DNA of 64,000 nt from Promethearchaeota archaeon (GCA_048938855.1 JBHLLT010000002.1:224001-288000), one strand, 5' to 3'; counted from the first letter of the stretch, positions 1 to 10,699 are shown. Notes: a model not told the origin generated them from the sequence alone. Translations and numbers: made by a program.

Positions 1-867
1 TTTAAAAAGTGAATAATACCATGGTGGTCTATATCTATTTTGAAACCATAAATATTCTACTAAAGTTCCTTTTTGAACATTAGTAGGATTAATTGAAATT
101 GAATTAACATCTAAATCTATTAATTTTTTTATTGAATATGTACAATCATCGATTGCTGCTTGTTCATTAAGAAATGGTGGTTTAAATAACAAATACACTT
201 TTACACCAATATCATTTTCTTTACATTTATTCACAACCCTCTTAAAATCTTTGAATAAAACTCCCTTGTTAATATAATTATTTCTGACATAATCATCAAC
301 ACTCTCAAGTCCAATAGCAATTTCAAGGTATTTCCTATTTAAGGTATCTCTTATTTCTGCCAATTTATCAGTTGTTATATATTCCATTCGCGATTCAATA
401 ACAACTTCTTCAATCTTTTCAACGTTTGATATTCTATTATAAATATGATTTCGAACTTCTTTAGATATCTCATTTTCATCTAAAAAACTCCCAGAATTAA
501 ATAGTTTGAGATTATATTTATAAATATCGCTCTCAATTTCATTCAGTTTATCGTTAAAAGCATAATCAAATTGATTAATAAGATTTGAAGATGATATCTT
601 TCTTTTTGCAGCATCTAGATAATATCCACACATGGAACATCCTCCGTGCTTACTTAAAGCCCAACTACACCCTTTTGTTCTTAAAATAATTGTGAATTCT
701 TTTCCAATTTTATCTCTGAGTCTATCATCTTTTGTCCAATAACTAATTGGACGTTTTAGTTGTTCTTCTCTTAAGTTAGTTTTTCGTTTAAGAGTATTTT
801 CACGAATAGAGTTTATTTTTTCAACAATACTACTATTTTCTTTAAAAACGTAATTTTGGTTATTCAT
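1..867 (-). CDS. Archaeosine biosynthesis radical SAM protein RaSEA (3' end outside window; absent from ORF track)
   Basis: Manual translation from ATG at 867: MNNQNYVFKENSSIVEKINS...TIILRTKGCSWALSKHGGCSMCGY, the RaSEA/TIGR01210-type extended Cx9Cx2C motif. Start overlaps the arcS stop (ATGAATAA). Confidence 0.85.
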   Translation of the reverse strand, partial: MNNQNYVFKENSSIVEKINSIRENTLKRKTNLREEQLKRPISYWTKDDRLRDKIGKEFTIILRTKGCSWALSKHGGCSMCGYYLDAAKRKISSSNLINQFDYAFNDKLNEIESDIYKYNLKLFNSGSFLDENEISKEVRNHIYNRISNVEKIEEVVIESRMEYITTDKLAEIRDTLNRKYLEIAIGLESVDDYVRNNYINKGVLFKDFKRVVNKCKENDIGVKVYLLFKPPFLNEQAAIDDCTYSIKKLIDLDVNSISINPTNVQKGTLVEYLWFQNRYRPPWYYSLFK

Positions 868-2935
868 TGATTTTTACAATTCTCCCGCTTTTAGATTGTC
901 TTATGAAATTAGATCCGACAATTAATTCTCCACTTCCAACAATTTTTTTCTTTTTTTTATCTAAGATTACTACTTGATTATCAGGGATAAGATCTAGGCT
1001 ATAATCTAAAACTCCAGCTCTAAACAAGGTATTACCTTTTATCTCTTCTCCATCAAAGACAATACAATTTGCGTCTATAGATTGGTATGATTGAATAAAT
1101 CTTTCCAAACCTAAATTGGCTAATTCGATTTGGCCTGTAGAATATTTAAATACTCCTATTTTTTCTTGAGTTTTTGAATCAATTAATTCAATTTGATTAC
1201 CGGATCTATTAAATTTAAGTTTTAAACTATTAGTAATAATTTTATTGCCTACAGCATCACCGAACTGATAATCTAAAATTTTAATAAATTTTCTAGTCCA
1301 TGTTTTGGAATAGGTTTCACTTTTCGGATAACTTTTCTTGGGTCTATATTTATCCTTATGTTCAATAATTAATTTCTCCAAAGATTGGAGAGATTCAGCA
1401 GAAGTTATATTACCAGATATTTCAGAAAAGATGAAATAGTTTGGTAATTTCGAAGCAGCTCTTTTTATAATTTCATGATATTCATTTTTTAAATGGCAAA
1501 TGATCGGTATTTTTGGGTCATATTTTTCAATTATTTTAATTAGCATGTCTGATGCAATATTTACTTCCTCGTTATCCCATTCACCAGTAACGGATATATC
1601 ATACGAATTGACTGGATAAATATTTTCTAATTGTATAGGAACACACCCTAATGGTGAGGTTAATATTATTTCTTGGAAATTAGGAAATTCTGGAAACTTT
1701 CTTATAATCCTATAAAATTTTTTATGAGATTTAGATTCTGAATAAGGCTTTTTAGCAGAACAGGGAAGAACAATAATTAAATTTGTCCAAGGTTCGGGGT
1801 TAAAAGTTTCAACTGCTTTTTCCCTAAACAGATGAAAATCTGGTCTATAGTAAGATGAGGGTCCAAGACATTTCACTATTTTTCCTTTTTGTTTTATTGG
1901 GGTTTCATATTTAATTACATCATAAAATTCTTTATCTAAAACCTTTAACATTGAAATTAAATTAGTATCATCAAGCGAAGACTTTTCCACAAATGCTCTA
2001 TAATCTTCAAAGTTCATATATTGCTTAATTTTATTCATATAATTGTTTGCCGTAATCAAATTATGTAAACTTAATAAATCAAGTTTTTCAGCAGAATATT
2101 TATTTTCTAATATTTTTGATAAATCCCCTCTACATGCTAAGCAAGAACAAGGGAAATGTTTTATTTTATAAATAGGTAATAAATATTCAATCGTATCATA
2201 AAAATTTTCAGCTGATAAAAACAACGAATATGAGGAATCAATCAAATCTATTCCTAGATATATGATCAATGGATAAAATTTTGGAATAATTCTCCCTGAT
2301 GCCATTATGACTAAATTGTTATCCAATTCTGTTTTGATTTTTACTATACTAGTTATTATATTTCTAAAATTGCTGAAGTTGTTAAAAAGATCTGATAGAT
2401 TTATGATTTTTATGTTAACAAATTCTTTGAAAATAAAGATATAAAGATCTAACAACTCAGCGTACTCAAAGAGTCTTAATGTTATACCAAAATTTAGATC
2501 AGGATGTGCTTTTAGAATTTTTTGAACATTATAAAGATAATTTCTTACTTCTGAACCTGCAAATTCCCTACTAATACTCGTTGTTGGAATATTAAATGGA
2601 ATAACTGATATTATATTGTCTTTAGACAAAATATTACTATTTTTTACTATAATTTCTTCAAATTTTTGTAAAGTACCTGTATATGTAAAAATAAATCCAT
2701 TATTCCTGAATTTCTCACGTATAAATCCCACTTTTAGAAAAAATTCTTTCGTAATTGTAAATAAATCATGATTTTCAAATTCTTGAACAAAATTAAAACG
2801 TTTCATTAAGGAACTTTTTATTGGGATTACAATATTGGGAGTATTGACATATAATTTTCGTTCTTTTGAGAAAATTATCCGCCCTATTCTTGAATATCCA
2901 ATCTTACTGGCAAGTACTTCAAAGAAATTAGTCAT
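860..2935 (-). CDS. arcS: Archaeosine synthase ArcS (TGT-like N-terminus, DUF5591, C-terminal PUA)
   Basis: SRIGRI...TPNI start, CSCLAC..H zinc site, LPCSAKKPYSESKSH, YDISVTGEW, C-terminal PUA-like domain; coupled to RaSEA. Confidence 0.88.
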   Translation of the reverse strand: MTNFFEVLASKIGYSRIGRIIFSKERKLYVNTPNIVIPIKSSLMKRFNFVQEFENHDLFTITKEFFLKVGFIREKFRNNGFIFTYTGTLQKFEEIIVKNSNILSKDNIISVIPFNIPTTSISREFAGSEVRNYLYNVQKILKAHPDLNFGITLRLFEYAELLDLYIFIFKEFVNIKIINLSDLFNNFSNFRNIITSIVKIKTELDNNLVIMASGRIIPKFYPLIIYLGIDLIDSSYSLFLSAENFYDTIEYLLPIYKIKHFPCSCLACRGDLSKILENKYSAEKLDLLSLHNLITANNYMNKIKQYMNFEDYRAFVEKSSLDDTNLISMLKVLDKEFYDVIKYETPIKQKGKIVKCLGPSSYYRPDFHLFREKAVETFNPEPWTNLIIVLPCSAKKPYSESKSHKKFYRIIRKFPEFPNFQEIILTSPLGCVPIQLENIYPVNSYDISVTGEWDNEEVNIASDMLIKIIEKYDPKIPIICHLKNEYHEIIKRAASKLPNYFIFSEISGNITSAESLQSLEKLIIEHKDKYRPKKSYPKSETYSKTWTRKFIKILDYQFGDAVGNKIITNSLKLKFNRSGNQIELIDSKTQEKIGVFKYSTGQIELANLGLERFIQSYQSIDANCIVFDGEEIKGNTLFRAGVLDYSLDLIPDNQVVILDKKKKKIVGSGELIVGSNFIRQSKSGRIVKINE

Positions 2936-3088
2936 ATTTTGATTAAAAGAAAGATTTGTTTTTATTAATTCAATCAGTACAAAATATGAAATCTCTCAAA
3001 GTTATTAAGAATTTAGTCATCGAAAACAAAAATAATGAGTGATGCAAGGATGACTTTTAGAGGTCATGGGTGTTAAAAATCAATTAGA

Positions 3089-4393
3089 CTAGAATATTAA
3101 GAAATTAGTGTATGGGATTAACTCATCCAAGACGAAATTTGTATAAGTATCTTCTATTTCCTCTGAAATATATAAATCTCTTATGAATGTAACGTAATCT
3201 TGAATCTCTTTTACTCTTATAATGGCAAAGAGACCATATTGCTCACCTATACGAAATAAATCTGTAATATTTTTGTTTCTCTCCAATCTAAGTGCTAAAT
3301 CATTATATTTTGAAGGATCTTTTGGCTTAATTCGAAGAAGATATTTTCCTTTAAAACCTAATTCTTTTGGTTGAAAATTTACTGTATAATTTAATATTAT
3401 ACCTTGCTGCTCAAGTCTTTTAATTCTGTTATGTATAGTTGATTGAGATATTTCCTCCTCATATCTATTTTTAAATATGTCTCTTATCTCATATGTGGAT
3501 ATTGGTTTAAGTCCTTGACACTCTCGTAAGATATTAAGGATAATATAATCATTATTATCTATTTCAAAATTTTTATCAAACCTATTGTTATCTAATTCAA
3601 TCCCAGTGTTTCTTAAGGCTTTAATAATTTGATCCATTAATAAGCCAGATTCTGAGAGATTGTTTAGGCCAGATATAACTATTTTACCGTTTGGAAAAAC
3701 TATAATTCTTATTGGGGTATTATCCATTTCAATAACAAGTCCAGGAAATTTTTTAGGATGATATTTAGTATTTGGATTTTTTTGAGCAAATTGGTTTAAA
3801 TCGATTTTTTCTCGGCTATCAATTTCAATATTATCTCTTTCGCTTCTCTCTTTTTCTTTTAGTTTATGAAATAACCTATCTCGAAGTAAATCCTCTAAGG
3901 TAAATTTTGCTTTCCTGAGGCTAATCCCATTAGTTTTAAACACTTTTATTGTTTCAATTATTTGATATTTTTTAAAGTATGATCTTGCCATTATTTCATC
4001 AATTATATTTAATATCTGATAATATTCTTCTGAGGATTTAAAAACCAATAAAGCAAATAAAGAAAAATCTCCAATTATGCCATCTAACATTCTTAATTGA
4101 GGAATTTCTAATAATTCTTTAACCAGATCTGGCTCTTTTGGGTTTGTTTTTATCTCAATCATTACATATTTTAAGTTGTTAGGCTGAATGTTTGGATTAA
4201 TATTAATTGTAAAATTTTTAATTATTTTTTGATCTCTCAGATTATCAAGTTTGTTTTGATATGTTTGTCTAGAGAGTCCAATCTCACGGGCGTTTCTTGA
4301 AATAATAAACTTGGTTTTTCCACTTAAATTTTTTATGAAGTGTTGAGCTCTTAATTCATCTTTAATATCATTCATTTTAAAACAAATTTGCAT
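3089..4393 (-). CDS. Tandem Lrp/AsnC transcription regulator with an inserted TBP repeat
   Basis: Two HTH+RAM units (AREIGLSRQTYQNKLDNL; ISQSTIHNRIKRLEQQGII) flank IDL..YHPKKFPGLVIEMDNTPIRIIVFPNGKIVISG, a TBP repeat. The true start may be Met7. Confidence 0.82.
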   Translation of the reverse strand: MQICFKMNDIKDELRAQHFIKNLSGKTKFIISRNAREIGLSRQTYQNKLDNLRDQKIIKNFTININPNIQPNNLKYVMIEIKTNPKEPDLVKELLEIPQLRMLDGIIGDFSLFALLVFKSSEEYYQILNIIDEIMARSYFKKYQIIETIKVFKTNGISLRKAKFTLEDLLRDRLFHKLKEKERSERDNIEIDSREKIDLNQFAQKNPNTKYHPKKFPGLVIEMDNTPIRIIVFPNGKIVISGLNNLSESGLLMDQIIKALRNTGIELDNNRFDKNFEIDNNDYIILNILRECQGLKPISTYEIRDIFKNRYEEEISQSTIHNRIKRLEQQGIILNYTVNFQPKELGFKGKYLLRIKPKDPSKYNDLALRLERNKNITDLFRIGEQYGLFAIIRVKEIQDYVTFIRDLYISEEIEDTYTNFVLDELIPYTNFLIF

Positions 4394-4511
4394 TTTTTTT
4401 TATGATTACTAATTAAATGTTAAATTAAATATATAAATATTTACATTCAACCAAAAAAAGCTTTATTAATTAATTAAAATTAATAATCTTACAAAAAAGA
4501 AAATGATTTAA

Positions 4512-5780
4512 ATGGTAAAATATAAAGTTGCAGATGAAAAATTGGCTGATCAAGGAAAGGAAGCACTCTATATTGCTGAAAGAGAAATGCCAGTCACATC
4601 AAAAATCATACGAGAACGATTTACTAAAGAAAAACCTTTAGAAGGAGTTGTTATTGCGGGATGTTTACATGTAACAAAAGAAACGGGGAATTTGGCTCGA
4701 ACATTGAAAGCTGGTGGGGCTGATGTATATCTCTGTGGCAGCAACCCTTTATCCACTCAAGATGATGTAGCAGCCGCGTTAGTACAAGAAGGAATTAACA
4801 TTTTTGCTTGGCACGGAAATACAGATGAAGAATTTTACTGGTGTATTAGACAATGCCTAAACGCCAAACCAAATATCTTGATTGACGATGGTGCTGATAT
4901 GATTGTTACTGCTCATCAAGAATATCAAGATTTGATTAATTCAGGTACAATCATAGCATGTCAAGAAGAAACCACAACAGGTGTTAAGAGATTTAGAGCA
5001 ATGGATAAAAATGGTGTTTTGAAAGTACCACTCTTCCCTGTTAACGATGCACGCTGTAAAAATCAATTTGATAATGAACTAGGAACTGGGCAAGGTATTA
5101 TAGCCGCAATTTATGGGATGCATGTATTGTTTGCTGGTAAATATGTGGTTATTGTTGGATATGGACATTGCTCTTCTGGTATGGCATTACGAGCGAGAGG
5201 TCTGGGTGCTAATGTAACCGTAACTGAGGTTGATCCAATAAAGGCCTTACAAGCAAAATTTGCAGGATTTAATGTAATGCCTATTGAAGAGACATTACCT
5301 TATGCAGATATAATTTTAACTGCTACTGGATGCAAGCATGTTATTGCACCCACTAAAGAAATGTTTGAAAAATTGAAGAATGGAGTTATTCTAGGGAATC
5401 TTGGACATTTTGATATAGAAATCCCAACTAAGGAAATTTACAATTATGCTAAAGAAATTAAACCTATTAGAAAAGATGTGGAAGAAATCACTTTTCCTAA
5501 TGGTAAAAAAATATATCTCCTTGCTAAAGGACGATTAGCAAATTTAGTTCTTTCTGAAGGTCATCCAGCTGAGATTATGGACATGTCATTTGGTTTACAG
5601 TCTTTAATGTCTGAGTACATCGTTAAAAATAAAGAAAAATTAAAACCTGGAATGCTCAATGTTCCCTCTGAAATTGATGATCGAGTTGGATTCTTAAAAC
5701 TTCAATCAATAGGTGTTAAGATTGATAGCTTAACCGAGGACCAATATAATTATATCCACGGTTTTCTTGAGGGTACATAG
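4512..5780 (+). CDS. ahcY: S-adenosyl-L-homocysteine hydrolase
   Basis: GCLHVTKET, SNPLSTQDDVAAAL, EETTTG, GHFDIEI, GHPAEIMDMSF. Confidence 0.97.
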   Translation: MVKYKVADEKLADQGKEALYIAEREMPVTSKIIRERFTKEKPLEGVVIAGCLHVTKETGNLARTLKAGGADVYLCGSNPLSTQDDVAAALVQEGINIFAWHGNTDEEFYWCIRQCLNAKPNILIDDGADMIVTAHQEYQDLINSGTIIACQEETTTGVKRFRAMDKNGVLKVPLFPVNDARCKNQFDNELGTGQGIIAAIYGMHVLFAGKYVVIVGYGHCSSGMALRARGLGANVTVTEVDPIKALQAKFAGFNVMPIEETLPYADIILTATGCKHVIAPTKEMFEKLKNGVILGNLGHFDIEIPTKEIYNYAKEIKPIRKDVEEITFPNGKKIYLLAKGRLANLVLSEGHPAEIMDMSFGLQSLMSEYIVKNKEKLKPGMLNVPSEIDDRVGFLKLQSIGVKIDSLTEDQYNYIHGFLEGT

Positions 5781-5967
5781 ATTCAAAGTATTTAAAAAAG
5801 GATTTTTTAATTTTTTATTTTAATTTTCCAATTTCCTATTTAGTAATCCCTTTTATTAATTTTATCTTTCATGGTCGATTAGGACACAAAATAACAAAAA
5901 TAATAAAAAGGAACTTAAAATTTATTAAATTTCTAGTTTTATTCATTCTATATTAAATCATAATTAA

Positions 5968-6477
5968 GTGTTAAAAATGGAAGAAAATATAGAACTGGAT
6001 TCAGAAGAATTACTGGAATTAATGCGATATGCTTTTCTAAGGTTGGATGGTGCCTGGTTTATGGCTTCAGTAGAAAAACTCGATTTGGAGACTGCGACAG
6101 AATTAGATCTAAAAGCATGGGAGATGTTTTCTGAAAGGTTGGGGAAAAAGATCGCTTCAATAACAAATTTGAAAGGTAATTTTTCTCAAACATTACCAAA
6201 ACTAATGAAGATCCAACATACGCTTATGAATATGAATTCAGAAATAGAGATCATTAATGAGGGTAAAATGATTCACAGAGTTTTGGAATGTGAAGTTTGG
6301 AATATGGTTCAAAAAGTATGGCCTCAGGATGCAATTCCTTGTCACAAAGTTACACTAGCAAGCATTAGGGGGTTGCTAAAGGGAGCTTTTCCAGAAAAAG
6401 AGTTTGTTTTAAAACATACAAAGAAAATTCCTCTGGGAGATTCTTGCTGTGAGATTGAAATTTCCACTAAAAACTGA
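5968..6477 (+). CDS. DUF6125-like / V4R-related ligand-binding protein
   Basis: LDGAWF..D..AW N-terminal motif; C-x-W, PC and GDSCCEI cysteines. Confidence 0.6.
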   Translation: MLKMEENIELDSEELLELMRYAFLRLDGAWFMASVEKLDLETATELDLKAWEMFSERLGKKIASITNLKGNFSQTLPKLMKIQHTLMNMNSEIEIINEGKMIHRVLECEVWNMVQKVWPQDAIPCHKVTLASIRGLLKGAFPEKEFVLKHTKKIPLGDSCCEIEISTKN

Positions 6478-6559
6478 TAAGTCTAGCTTTGATTTATTGT
6501 GAAGCTTTACATACTTCTTTTAATTTTATTCATATAATCAATAAGTTTGAGTTAGATAG

Positions 6560-7660
6560 ATGAATTCTGGAGATACAATTCAAGACAAAGCGGTAATAAT
6601 TGATCTTGAAAATCGTGATATCTCAAAAAGTTTATATGATGCTTTTCTACAAGCAGGGATTTTACCAATCATTAATCAATCTCATGAAATATGCGTACAT
6701 GTACCATTAGGAGCCACTTTTTTCAAAAATAAACAACCTATAGAAGGAACATACCTTGATGTTAAATTTGCTGAATCTATAATATTAGCTAGTGGTGATA
6801 AACCAGTTATTTTCTATGAAACACCTGCAACAAGTAATAGAAATATTGAATTTCTATTTGAAAAATTTGGTTACACTCAACTTGCGAAAAAATATTCACA
6901 AGTCCGAGTTCTTTGTTTAAAAGAAGATTCATTAGAAACTGAAAATTCAGTAAGTTTGAATTATGGGTTTGACTACCCCCCAGTTAGGCTCCCTAAGTTT
7001 CTCTTCAATAATAAAAATTTGATTATAAGTTTTAGTAATCCTAAAGCGCCATTTTCCGAATTTGTTGCAGGTTTTAAGGGACTTCCTTTTTCTCTGAGTG
7101 GTAAATCGCTTATTATCGGATCAACATTATTCCAAAAAAAAAATTTATTACATCTTGCTTTCTCTGATATTGGATTAGGATTAAAGGATTATATAGTGGA
7201 TGCATTAGAAAGGATACATAAAGCAGGTGTTGTTTGTATTGGAATCAATGGAGGACGCTTCGCAGGTGCTTTGCTTGATCAAGTAAAAGTAAAACCAATT
7301 GAGTGGAATTTGCTTGTAGTTTCTAAAAACATCGGAATTTCAGATGCTGTGACGGCTGAATTAATGGGATTTAATCCACAAAAAATAGAATTCTTCACAA
7401 AATTAGCTCAAAAAGGGCTTATTCCTTTTAATATTAGTACTATTCCTATCATTGAAATCGGAAATAGTCGTAATCGTTTAAAGGAAAAATTAAAAATAAA
7501 TAACCCGTTTTCACCACAAGAAATACCAATAACAACACGTCAATGGATATTTGGACTCCTTAAGCAAGTTTCATTTATAGATAGGTTACACCTAATTGGC
7601 AAAATTATCCCTTCCATAATTAGATATAAATTTACAAGGAAAAATAAATCCAACAACTAA
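6560..7660 (+). CDS. Hypothetical protein, weak DUF362-like
   Basis: SDAVTAELMGFNPQKI resembles the DUF362 C-terminal motif; the rest is divergent. Confidence 0.4.
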   Translation: MNSGDTIQDKAVIIDLENRDISKSLYDAFLQAGILPIINQSHEICVHVPLGATFFKNKQPIEGTYLDVKFAESIILASGDKPVIFYETPATSNRNIEFLFEKFGYTQLAKKYSQVRVLCLKEDSLETENSVSLNYGFDYPPVRLPKFLFNNKNLIISFSNPKAPFSEFVAGFKGLPFSLSGKSLIIGSTLFQKKNLLHLAFSDIGLGLKDYIVDALERIHKAGVVCIGINGGRFAGALLDQVKVKPIEWNLLVVSKNIGISDAVTAELMGFNPQKIEFFTKLAQKGLIPFNISTIPIIEIGNSRNRLKEKLKINNPFSPQEIPITTRQWIFGLLKQVSFIDRLHLIGKIIPSIIRYKFTRKNKSNN

Positions 7661-7704
7661 TTTCATTTTATTTCATACTTTTTTACTAAAAGTTATAACT
7701 TAAA

Positions 7705-8730
7705 TTAGGGATTTAAGATATCCTCTATATTTATGTTTTTGCTATAGACTTCATAAGCAAGAGCTCTTAATCCATCTAATCCAATAGGTTCCTCCCGAAG
7801 CCTTTCTGATTCCCAAATTTTTAGTTTTCTAAATTCTTTTTTAATTTCTGCGATGTATTTTAGTTGTTGTGATCTAACTTCACTACAAAAGTCACATTTT
7901 TTAGGTTCTGGTATAATCATATTAATATGTACTCCTTCTAGTTTAATATATCGCTCTGTTAAATCTCTAGCTCTTTTAATTTCCTCAAAACTTGGCTTTT
8001 CTGCTATAGTTACGAGTCTGAGAGAACCTATATTATGGATTAACTCTGAAATTCTTTCTCCACGTTTTTCTAATTCTACAACCATATTAAAAATTTCTCT
8101 TCCTAATTCACGTCTTTCCTCATAATTATCAAATGGTTTAATAATATTTCTCCACATTTTAGAAATATTTCGAATTGCCCCTTTAATAGAATTATAGAAA
8201 TTCAACGAGTATTTAAGAACGACTTTAACCTGGTCTTCAGGTATTTCAAAAAGAGTAATCATATTTGCAGTTGGAGGAAAATCTGCAACAATTACATCAA
8301 ATTGAATATCTTGAGAACTGGTATCTTCGGCATCTAAAATTTTTTGAAAAAACATAGCATTTTTTAACGCTAATGGAATAGAATCAGCAGTAAATGTTGT
8401 ATCTATAAACTTTTCAACTTGCGGTATCATTCCTACAAGAGGCATTTGCTTACTAAGGGTCTTCATTTTCTCTATTAGATTTTTTGTATATTTTATTGCA
8501 TACTCATCTGCATCTGGTTCAATCGCCCATAAATTTTCTGTTAATGGTGTTATTTTGCTTCCAATTTTCACTTTAAATAAATCAGTAAGATTATGAGCCA
8601 TATCAAAAGAAATCAAAAGAAATCTTTTATCAGGTAGTAAATCGGAGAGTAAAACTGCTGTTGCTGCGCTAATGGAACTCTTTCCTACCCCACCTTTTCC
8701 CCCTAGAATGATAATTCTTTCCATAGTCAA
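7705..8730 (-). CDS. ArsA/Get3 (TRC40) family ATPase, single domain
   Basis: GGKGGVGKSS P-loop, SFDMAHNL switch I, DFPPTA switch II, C-terminal CDFC. Confidence 0.88.
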   Translation of the reverse strand: MTMERIIILGGKGGVGKSSISAATAVLLSDLLPDKRFLLISFDMAHNLTDLFKVKIGSKITPLTENLWAIEPDADEYAIKYTKNLIEKMKTLSKQMPLVGMIPQVEKFIDTTFTADSIPLALKNAMFFQKILDAEDTSSQDIQFDVIVADFPPTANMITLFEIPEDQVKVVLKYSLNFYNSIKGAIRNISKMWRNIIKPFDNYEERRELGREIFNMVVELEKRGERISELIHNIGSLRLVTIAEKPSFEEIKRARDLTERYIKLEGVHINMIIPEPKKCDFCSEVRSQQLKYIAEIKKEFRKLKIWESERLREEPIGLDGLRALAYEVYSKNINIEDILNP

Positions 8731-9250
8731 ATCTACATCAAAAACTCTAAATAATATACCAAAAACAAAAATAACATAAAAAACTAATCAAATAAATTAG
8801 ATTATCAATAATATTCAATTAGCAAAAAATAAATTACATGTTTAATTTTATAAGGATATAACATTAAAAAATTTCAATAATTATTATCAAAATATTAATT
8901 TATTCAATCAATCATATCAAGGTATAATTAAAATTAAAATTAAATTTATATACTTCAAATAGATTCACAAAATAACAAAAATAATAAAATTAATAGCAAA
9001 TATATAATCAGTTGTTCAGTATATCAAAATTATTGTTCAGACGGATAAATCCAAATAAGAAGTAGGTTCATAAGTCAAGTTTAAAAAAATTATAATTATA
9101 ATCCAAAAGAGTAAATAATTAAGAATTCAATTCGAAATAATTTTTTAGTTTAATCATATTCAATTTATTTCATTAGATTCTACTTCTTTTTTATAAGTCT
9201 TCCTTTAGATTTTGATTTATTGTACATAAAAAATATAAATAAAAAAGGAA

Positions 9251-10438
9251 GTGATTAAGATTACAAGCCAAAATGAATTTACTACTAAATACATTATAGA
9301 AGTTAAATGTGTTATTAAAGGTGTTGTTGAGAAGTCTGATATTGTTGGAGCTATTTTTGGACAGACTGAAGGTTTGCTTTTGGACCTAGACTTGAGAGAT
9401 CTCCAAAAATCAGGTCGAATTGGAAGAATAGAAGTAGAAACTGAAGCACAAGAAGGAATGTCCAAGGGAATTATTAAAATCCCATCTTCATTAACTAGAA
9501 AGGAGACTGCATTGTTAGCTGCAACTGTTGAAACTGTATCTCGAGTTGGTCCATGTGAGGCAGAATTTTCACTTATGGATATTCGGGATGTGCGTGAAAG
9601 GAAAAGAAAAAAAATCATAGAACGCGCAACAGAACTTCTTAAAGAATGGGATCAAAAATCGTTAGAACAGAGTGAAATTGAAGAAAAAATCGATAAGGAT
9701 ATCAAACTTGGAGAAATAATCGCATGGGGTTCAGAGAATCTTCCTGCAGGCCCAGAAGTAGAAAGTAATCCCGATCTAATTATAGTAGAAGGTCGAGCTG
9801 ATGTCTTAAACTTATTAAGAATAAGTGTTAAGAACACAATAGCAGTACAAGGGACTCAAATCCCAAAATCAGTAATCGATCTTTCTAAACGAAAAAAGTC
9901 AGTAACAGCTTTTGTAGATGGAGATCGAGGAGGAACCATTATTCTTAACGAGCTTTTGCAAACTACTAAAATTGATTATGTTGCTAAAGCTCCTGATGGT
10001 TTTGAAGTTGAAGAACTTACAAGGAAACAATTGATTAAATCATTACAAAATGCAAAAACAGCAACGGATTTTAAAAATGGTAAATCTAAAGAAATCCAAG
10101 AAATTGAACATAAAGGTATTAATGGAGACCTCCAAAAAATATTAAAAAAATTTAAAATTAAAAATGAAACCATAATTTTTGATGCGATTAAGAATATTGG
10201 AAATGGTTTTGCTATAGGGTTTAACAAGAATCTCGAAAAATTATTTGAAATTCCCGTTGGAGAACTTTTCGAAAAAATCCGTAACTTTAAGGATACTCAA
10301 TATATGATTATTGATGGTATTTTAACTAAAAGACTTCTCTCACTTTCAATAAATATGAAAATAAAATTTATTGCTTGCAGAAATAAAGAAGAAGAATTAG
10401 CTATTCCTGGGCAAATTTCAGTATTTTATTATAAGTAA
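9251..10438 (+). CDS. dnaG: Archaeal DnaG-like primase / exosome-associated protein
   Basis: GVVEKSDIVGAIFGQTEGLL, IVEGRADV and DGDRGG Toprim motifs. Confidence 0.96.
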   Translation: MIKITSQNEFTTKYIIEVKCVIKGVVEKSDIVGAIFGQTEGLLLDLDLRDLQKSGRIGRIEVETEAQEGMSKGIIKIPSSLTRKETALLAATVETVSRVGPCEAEFSLMDIRDVRERKRKKIIERATELLKEWDQKSLEQSEIEEKIDKDIKLGEIIAWGSENLPAGPEVESNPDLIIVEGRADVLNLLRISVKNTIAVQGTQIPKSVIDLSKRKKSVTAFVDGDRGGTIILNELLQTTKIDYVAKAPDGFEVEELTRKQLIKSLQNAKTATDFKNGKSKEIQEIEHKGINGDLQKILKKFKIKNETIIFDAIKNIGNGFAIGFNKNLEKLFEIPVGELFEKIRNFKDTQYMIIDGILTKRLLSLSINMKIKFIACRNKEEELAIPGQISVFYYK

Positions 10439-10456
10439 TCTCCCTTTTCAAAATAA

Positions 10457-10699
10457 TTATGACCCAATAGGGAGCACTACAGAAAAGATCGCTTGAATTA
10501 TGTAAGAAAGAACACCTAAAATCAATAATCCTATAACACATATCTTAAAAACTAAGAGATAATCTTTTCTTTTTGGTTTATTTGCAATTTTGATTATTCT
10601 TTTTGTATTTTGAAAAAAAGTGACGATTCTATCGTAAAGACTCTGCTTTTTTTGTTGCTCACTTGTAGTATAACTTTCATATTTTGGGTAGTTAGACAC
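10457..10699 (-). CDS. secE: Protein translocase SecE / Sec61-gamma
   Basis: RIIKIANKPKRKDY followed by a C-terminal TM helix; downstream of ftsY. Start moved to the in-frame GTG at 10699 (ORF track gives 10765). Confidence 0.88.
   Translation of the reverse strand: MSNYPKYESYTTSEQQKKQSLYDRIVTFFQNTKRIIKIANKPKRKDYLLVFKICVIGLLILGVLSYIIQAIFSVVLPIGS

Noticed and set aside
8731-9250. 520-bp AT-rich intergenic region with TTGTTCAG twice
   Set aside because: Consistent with a divergent promoter region; no convincing ORF, RNA structure or origin boxes.
10640-10680. Apparent frameshift at the A7 run near the secE start (out-of-frame GTG AGC AAC)
   Set aside because: An in-frame GTG at 10699 gives a normal 80-aa SecE, so no frameshift is needed.
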